Source of the DNA: an uncultured Poribacteria bacterium
Lineage (GTDB): Bacteria; Poribacteria; WGA-4E; WGA-3G
Reading direction: 5' to 3'
NCBI GenBank assembly: GCA_958296135.2
Contig: CATQHZ020000001.1
Location: 2,496,001 to 2,560,000 of the forward strand
DNA length: 64,000 nucleotides
In this document: positions 60,739 to 64,000 of the stretch, one piece after another
Numbering within the stretch: the stretch's first letter is position 1
How the letters are laid out: each line of letters starts with the position of its first letter
Position numbers and translations under genes: made by a program
The notes under the pieces: generated by a model
The model's input: the letters and a program-made list of their open reading frames with translations, nothing else
What the model was told of the DNA's origin: nothing
The model's database searches: none

Positions 60739-61497
60739 CTACGCTGCTAACCCATAAATTCGGGCGAGATTGCCGCCGAAAATGAGTGCCTCCGCGTCAT
60801 CGCCGAGCTCCAACCGCTTAAGCGCATTGATAACTTGGACCGGACGATATTCGGGCAAGTTGGAACCGAACACAATCTGTTCCGGCCCCAATACGTCAAC
60901 GGCTCTTTTCACCTCCATCGGCACGACGGTGTTCGCATCCATCCCCCATCGCCGATGGAAGCGGAGGATTGTCGTCCCTAGCGAGACATTCCTATGAACC
61001 TTCGCTACCTCAATCGCCGAATCCAGATCATCGGGAAAGCCCATATGATCCATGATAACCGGTGTCTCGGGCACCCACCCCGCTACGGTGCCAATTCTAT
61101 TCGGATGACAATTCGCCGGACCCGAATGGATTGAGACGATGAGCCCATGCGCACGCGCCGCCTCAACTACCGGACGCACAATTCCATCGTCCACGTCGTA
61201 ATTATGCACAGCAGGCATCAGTTTAATACCGCGCATGCCCCACTCTTCCGCCGCCAACCGCACCTGCTCAACAGGCTCCGGCTCCGTTGGATGCACCAAA
61301 GCACACCCGAGCGCACGCGGGTTCCCGCGAATCGCATCGCCGAGCTCAGCGTTCCGCGGATTCGGCTGCGTGTTAGGCATGATTACCGCCACATCCATCT
61401 CCGCTTCATCCTCTAACGCCAAGAGGCTGTCTAAATCCAATGTCCCGTTCTCATCACGAAAATCGTCGTTGAGATATGCTTCAAAATCGCCGCGCAT
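60739..61497 (-). CDS. Amidohydrolase family 2 protein
   Basis: GMRGIKL.P, VSIHSG, IMDHMG, IVFGSN.P, IFGGNLARI. Confidence 0.85.
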   Translation of the reverse strand: MRGDFEAYLNDDFRDENGTLDLDSLLALEDEAEMDVAVIMPNTQPNPRNAELGDAIRGNPRALGCALVHPTEPEPVEQVRLAAEEWGMRGIKLMPAVHNYDVDDGIVRPVVEAARAHGLIVSIHSGPANCHPNRIGTVAGWVPETPVIMDHMGFPDDLDSAIEVAKVHRNVSLGTTILRFHRRWGMDANTVVPMEVKRAVDVLGPEQIVFGSNLPEYRPVQVINALKRLELGDDAEALIFGGNLARIYGLAA

Positions 61498-61593
61498 GAG
61501 AGTACTCCTATAAATATTGTAGTCCTAACAGACTGCTGTTCGTATCGCCTACTTCAGGCTCAGGCGAGCCCGAACTACAGTGGAAACTCGGTA

Positions 61594-63078
61594 TTATAGC
61601 ACACGCCGTTCACCAAAGGGGACTCTCGGTTCAGTACCCGCAAAGTAGTCTTGAATCTCATAGAGCTGCAGCCGCGGACATTCCATATCCCACATCGGAT
61701 GCTGCCACGTACCGGCACGACTCGCCTCCGCGCGCATCCCATCACTCGGTTTCTTCGTGACGACAAAGATGCCTAAATCCGCCTGCGCATTCGCCATCGC
61801 CGTGCGAAAATCACGGAGATGCCCAAGGCTATAACTGCCACCTTTTACCTGCGCCACCATTTTGCCATAGGCATTACGCCCCCTCACCTTACCAAGGGGA
61901 AAACGATAGGTGCCATCGATACCGCCATCGCCAACCTTTTTAGCATTAGAGGTAAACTTCAGCACGTGCGTAACGCACCACGCCTCAAATCCACCCGGGT
62001 CATCGCGCGCAAGTTGAAGCGCAGTTTCTAGGTTCTCCGGTGTTCCGATAATAGAAATACTGTCTCTCAATTGCGGAAAGAACTTTTCCATCTGCAATTT
62101 GACGGCACCTGTGGCGAGGTATGTCAAATCAATGCCAAGCCAACGCCGGTTGAGCTCCTCCGCCGCGAGAAGTGTCGTGCCACAGCCACAGAACGGATCT
62201 AACACCAAGTCGCCTTCATGGGTAGAGGCTTGGATGATGCGCTTATAGAGTGCTATCGGCTTCTGCGTCGGATAGCCCGCGCGTTCTCTCGTAGAGGTAT
62301 TCAATTGCAATCCATCTTCAGCCCACAAGGAACCGATAGCAGCACCGGGTTGTTCGTCCAGGTAGATGCGCCGCTGTTCGCCTGTCGTCTGATAATGGCG
62401 GCCCCAACTCAAACGATACTTCCTCCCATCGTCGTCTGTATATCGATACTTTTTCTCAATCTCTTTGTCTGAAATTGGCTCAAACAGCGGATTGAAGACA
62501 GCATCTTTGCTTTTGACATAAAACAGAATCGTATCGGTTTGCGTGGCGAATTTATGCTTCGCGTTATTCTTCCGCCCCGCATACTTCCGCCAGATAATCT
62601 CGTTGCGGTAGTTCGCAGGCCCGAACACAGCATCCATGAGGATTTTCAAGTAGTGACTTGCAGCCGAGTCACAGTGGAGATACATCGAACCTGTCGGTTT
62701 CAGGATGCGCCGCATCTCCACGAGCCGGATGCCCATCATTACTAGATACGCCATCATCGGAGACTGCTTCAAAAACAGCTGTAACCCCTCAACCGTCTCG
62801 CCTACCAGCCCGCCGACTTCTCGGATGAGTTCATCGCATGCCGCTTCGGCGGCATGCCCCCATTTCCATGTATCGGTAAACGCCTTGACAAGCGAATCCG
62901 GCTCGTGCCCTTGTTCATCGCGATAGGGAACGAAATAGTCACGCTTGGAATTGAACGGCGGATCCGTCGCGATGAGAGCCACGACGTTGTCCGGAAACTG
63001 CCGCATCGCGTCTAAGTTATCTCCACGAATGAGGGCGCGGTGCTGTAAAGTGGGAGTCTTTTCAAAGAGGTAGTACAT
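61594..63078 (-). CDS. N6/N4 DNA methyltransferase fused to an Mrr-like endonuclease domain
   Basis: DPPFN, YPTQKP, VLDPFCGCGTT; C-terminal GDGGIDG...QVKGG. Confidence 0.88.
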   Translation of the reverse strand: MYYLFEKTPTLQHRALIRGDNLDAMRQFPDNVVALIATDPPFNSKRDYFVPYRDEQGHEPDSLVKAFTDTWKWGHAAEAACDELIREVGGLVGETVEGLQLFLKQSPMMAYLVMMGIRLVEMRRILKPTGSMYLHCDSAASHYLKILMDAVFGPANYRNEIIWRKYAGRKNNAKHKFATQTDTILFYVKSKDAVFNPLFEPISDKEIEKKYRYTDDDGRKYRLSWGRHYQTTGEQRRIYLDEQPGAAIGSLWAEDGLQLNTSTRERAGYPTQKPIALYKRIIQASTHEGDLVLDPFCGCGTTLLAAEELNRRWLGIDLTYLATGAVKLQMEKFFPQLRDSISIIGTPENLETALQLARDDPGGFEAWCVTHVLKFTSNAKKVGDGGIDGTYRFPLGKVRGRNAYGKMVAQVKGGSYSLGHLRDFRTAMANAQADLGIFVVTKKPSDGMRAEASRAGTWQHPMWDMECPRLQLYEIQDYFAGTEPRVPFGERRVL

Positions 63079-63123
63079 CAGTTCACCCTATTGCCAAGGC
63101 AGAGAGACATCCGCTCTGACAGT

Positions 63124-64000
63124 TCATCTGAAATCTGACTCCTCTGAAGGAAGTCGTTCGTCAACAAAAATTTCACCATTCGCGCCGATTTTAACGGAAG
63201 CCGTTCCTGTCATCACCGTTTCACGATAGCGCGTCCAAACCGCCTCGGCAGCGGCAGCATCGGGGAAACGGACGATAAACACAACCCGCGCATCCATCCA
63301 ATTGGTGGCATCGTCATCCCGATAACTTGCGGAGACACCGAGCGGGAACGCTGTCAGCTGCGGCACATTGAGAGGTAACCCGCTATAGATTTGGCCCAAC
63401 ACCCAATTCGAGCGAAACAACTTATCACTCCCGCCGATTTTGTTATAGCTCGGCAGCAGCGCGAGCAGCGGCACTTTTATCGGTGGCTCTTGAATCTGCG
63501 CCGCGACCGCCTTCGCCAGTGCAACCGCACCTTCGCGAATGCCGGTCGCGAATTCGTAACTCTCAATCTCAACGAAATACTGCCCCTTCGCAAAACGGAG
63601 ATAGCCCCCCGAAAGGAGCGCCTTGCTGCCCACCCATACCGTATCCGCTTGCGGATAGGTATTGAAACTATAGATGCCAAACGCATTTTCCGCGGTGCCC
63701 ATATCAAAAATTTCAAGCAAAATGAGCGGCTTTGAACCGAATTTACGACTCTGGTATTCCACTTCCGCCTGTCGCTGGAAGCCGTAGGCGTGGTAAAGGG
63801 CCGGGGCGACAACTCTATCCCGATAGAGGGTTTCACCGTGATATGTCGATGGCGAACGCGACTGCACCCATTCCGCTTGAGAAACGTTGCGTCCAGCAAC
63901 AACTTGGACAGGTAAGAGCGCCTCCGGGGCTAACATCGTGAGAAGCGGCAACGCCGATACTTGTTCGCCTTGGTCGTGGAGATTAAATTTGACACCTACG
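63124..64000 (-). CDS. Hypothetical protein, DUF6599-like (5' end outside the window or uncertain)
   Basis: LEIFDMGT.ENAFGIYS, F.KG.YFVEI pattern. Confidence 0.6.
   Translation of the reverse strand, partial: VGVKFNLHDQGEQVSALPLLTMLAPEALLPVQVVAGRNVSQAEWVQSRSPSTYHGETLYRDRVVAPALYHAYGFQRQAEVEYQSRKFGSKPLILLEIFDMGTAENAFGIYSFNTYPQADTVWVGSKALLSGGYLRFAKGQYFVEIESYEFATGIREGAVALAKAVAAQIQEPPIKVPLLALLPSYNKIGGSDKLFRSNWVLGQIYSGLPLNVPQLTAFPLGVSASYRDDDATNWMDARVVFIVRFPDAAAAEAVWTRYRETVMTGTASVKIGANGEIFVDERLPSEESDFR

Overview
Bacterial chromosomal DNA, almost entirely on the minus strand after 4.5 kb. It is probably Candidatus Poribacteria or a relative; this is inferred from tandem PhyH dioxygenases, TolB-like proteins ending in a ...V-S-x-A-G-x(4)-Q-W-G-x-[LI]-K tail, Uma2 and abundant GTAG palindromes. 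Core content: an F1Fo ATP synthase operon interrupted by a toxin-antitoxin-like pair and DUF1992, a nuo operon that lacks nuoI and carries an embedded Na+/H+ antiporter, pdxH, trkAH, gcvTHP, an ECF sigma/anti-sigma/DUF4252 unit and two fused restriction-modification-like genes. The most unusual region is 4.5-10.9 kb. It is a modular array with three copies of a conserved promoter plus structured leader (CTTAAT-N17-TATAAT), each driving a small secreted protein. The array also holds two TolB-like propellers, a divergent sigma-70 factor lacking the W-W dyad (plus a relic of a second copy) and a candidate multibranch ncRNA. A second theme is GTAG-type REP-like palindromes inserted in-frame in housekeeping genes (gcvT, nuoC, nuoJ, trkA and others). 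All calls are from reading the sequence; no database searches were run.
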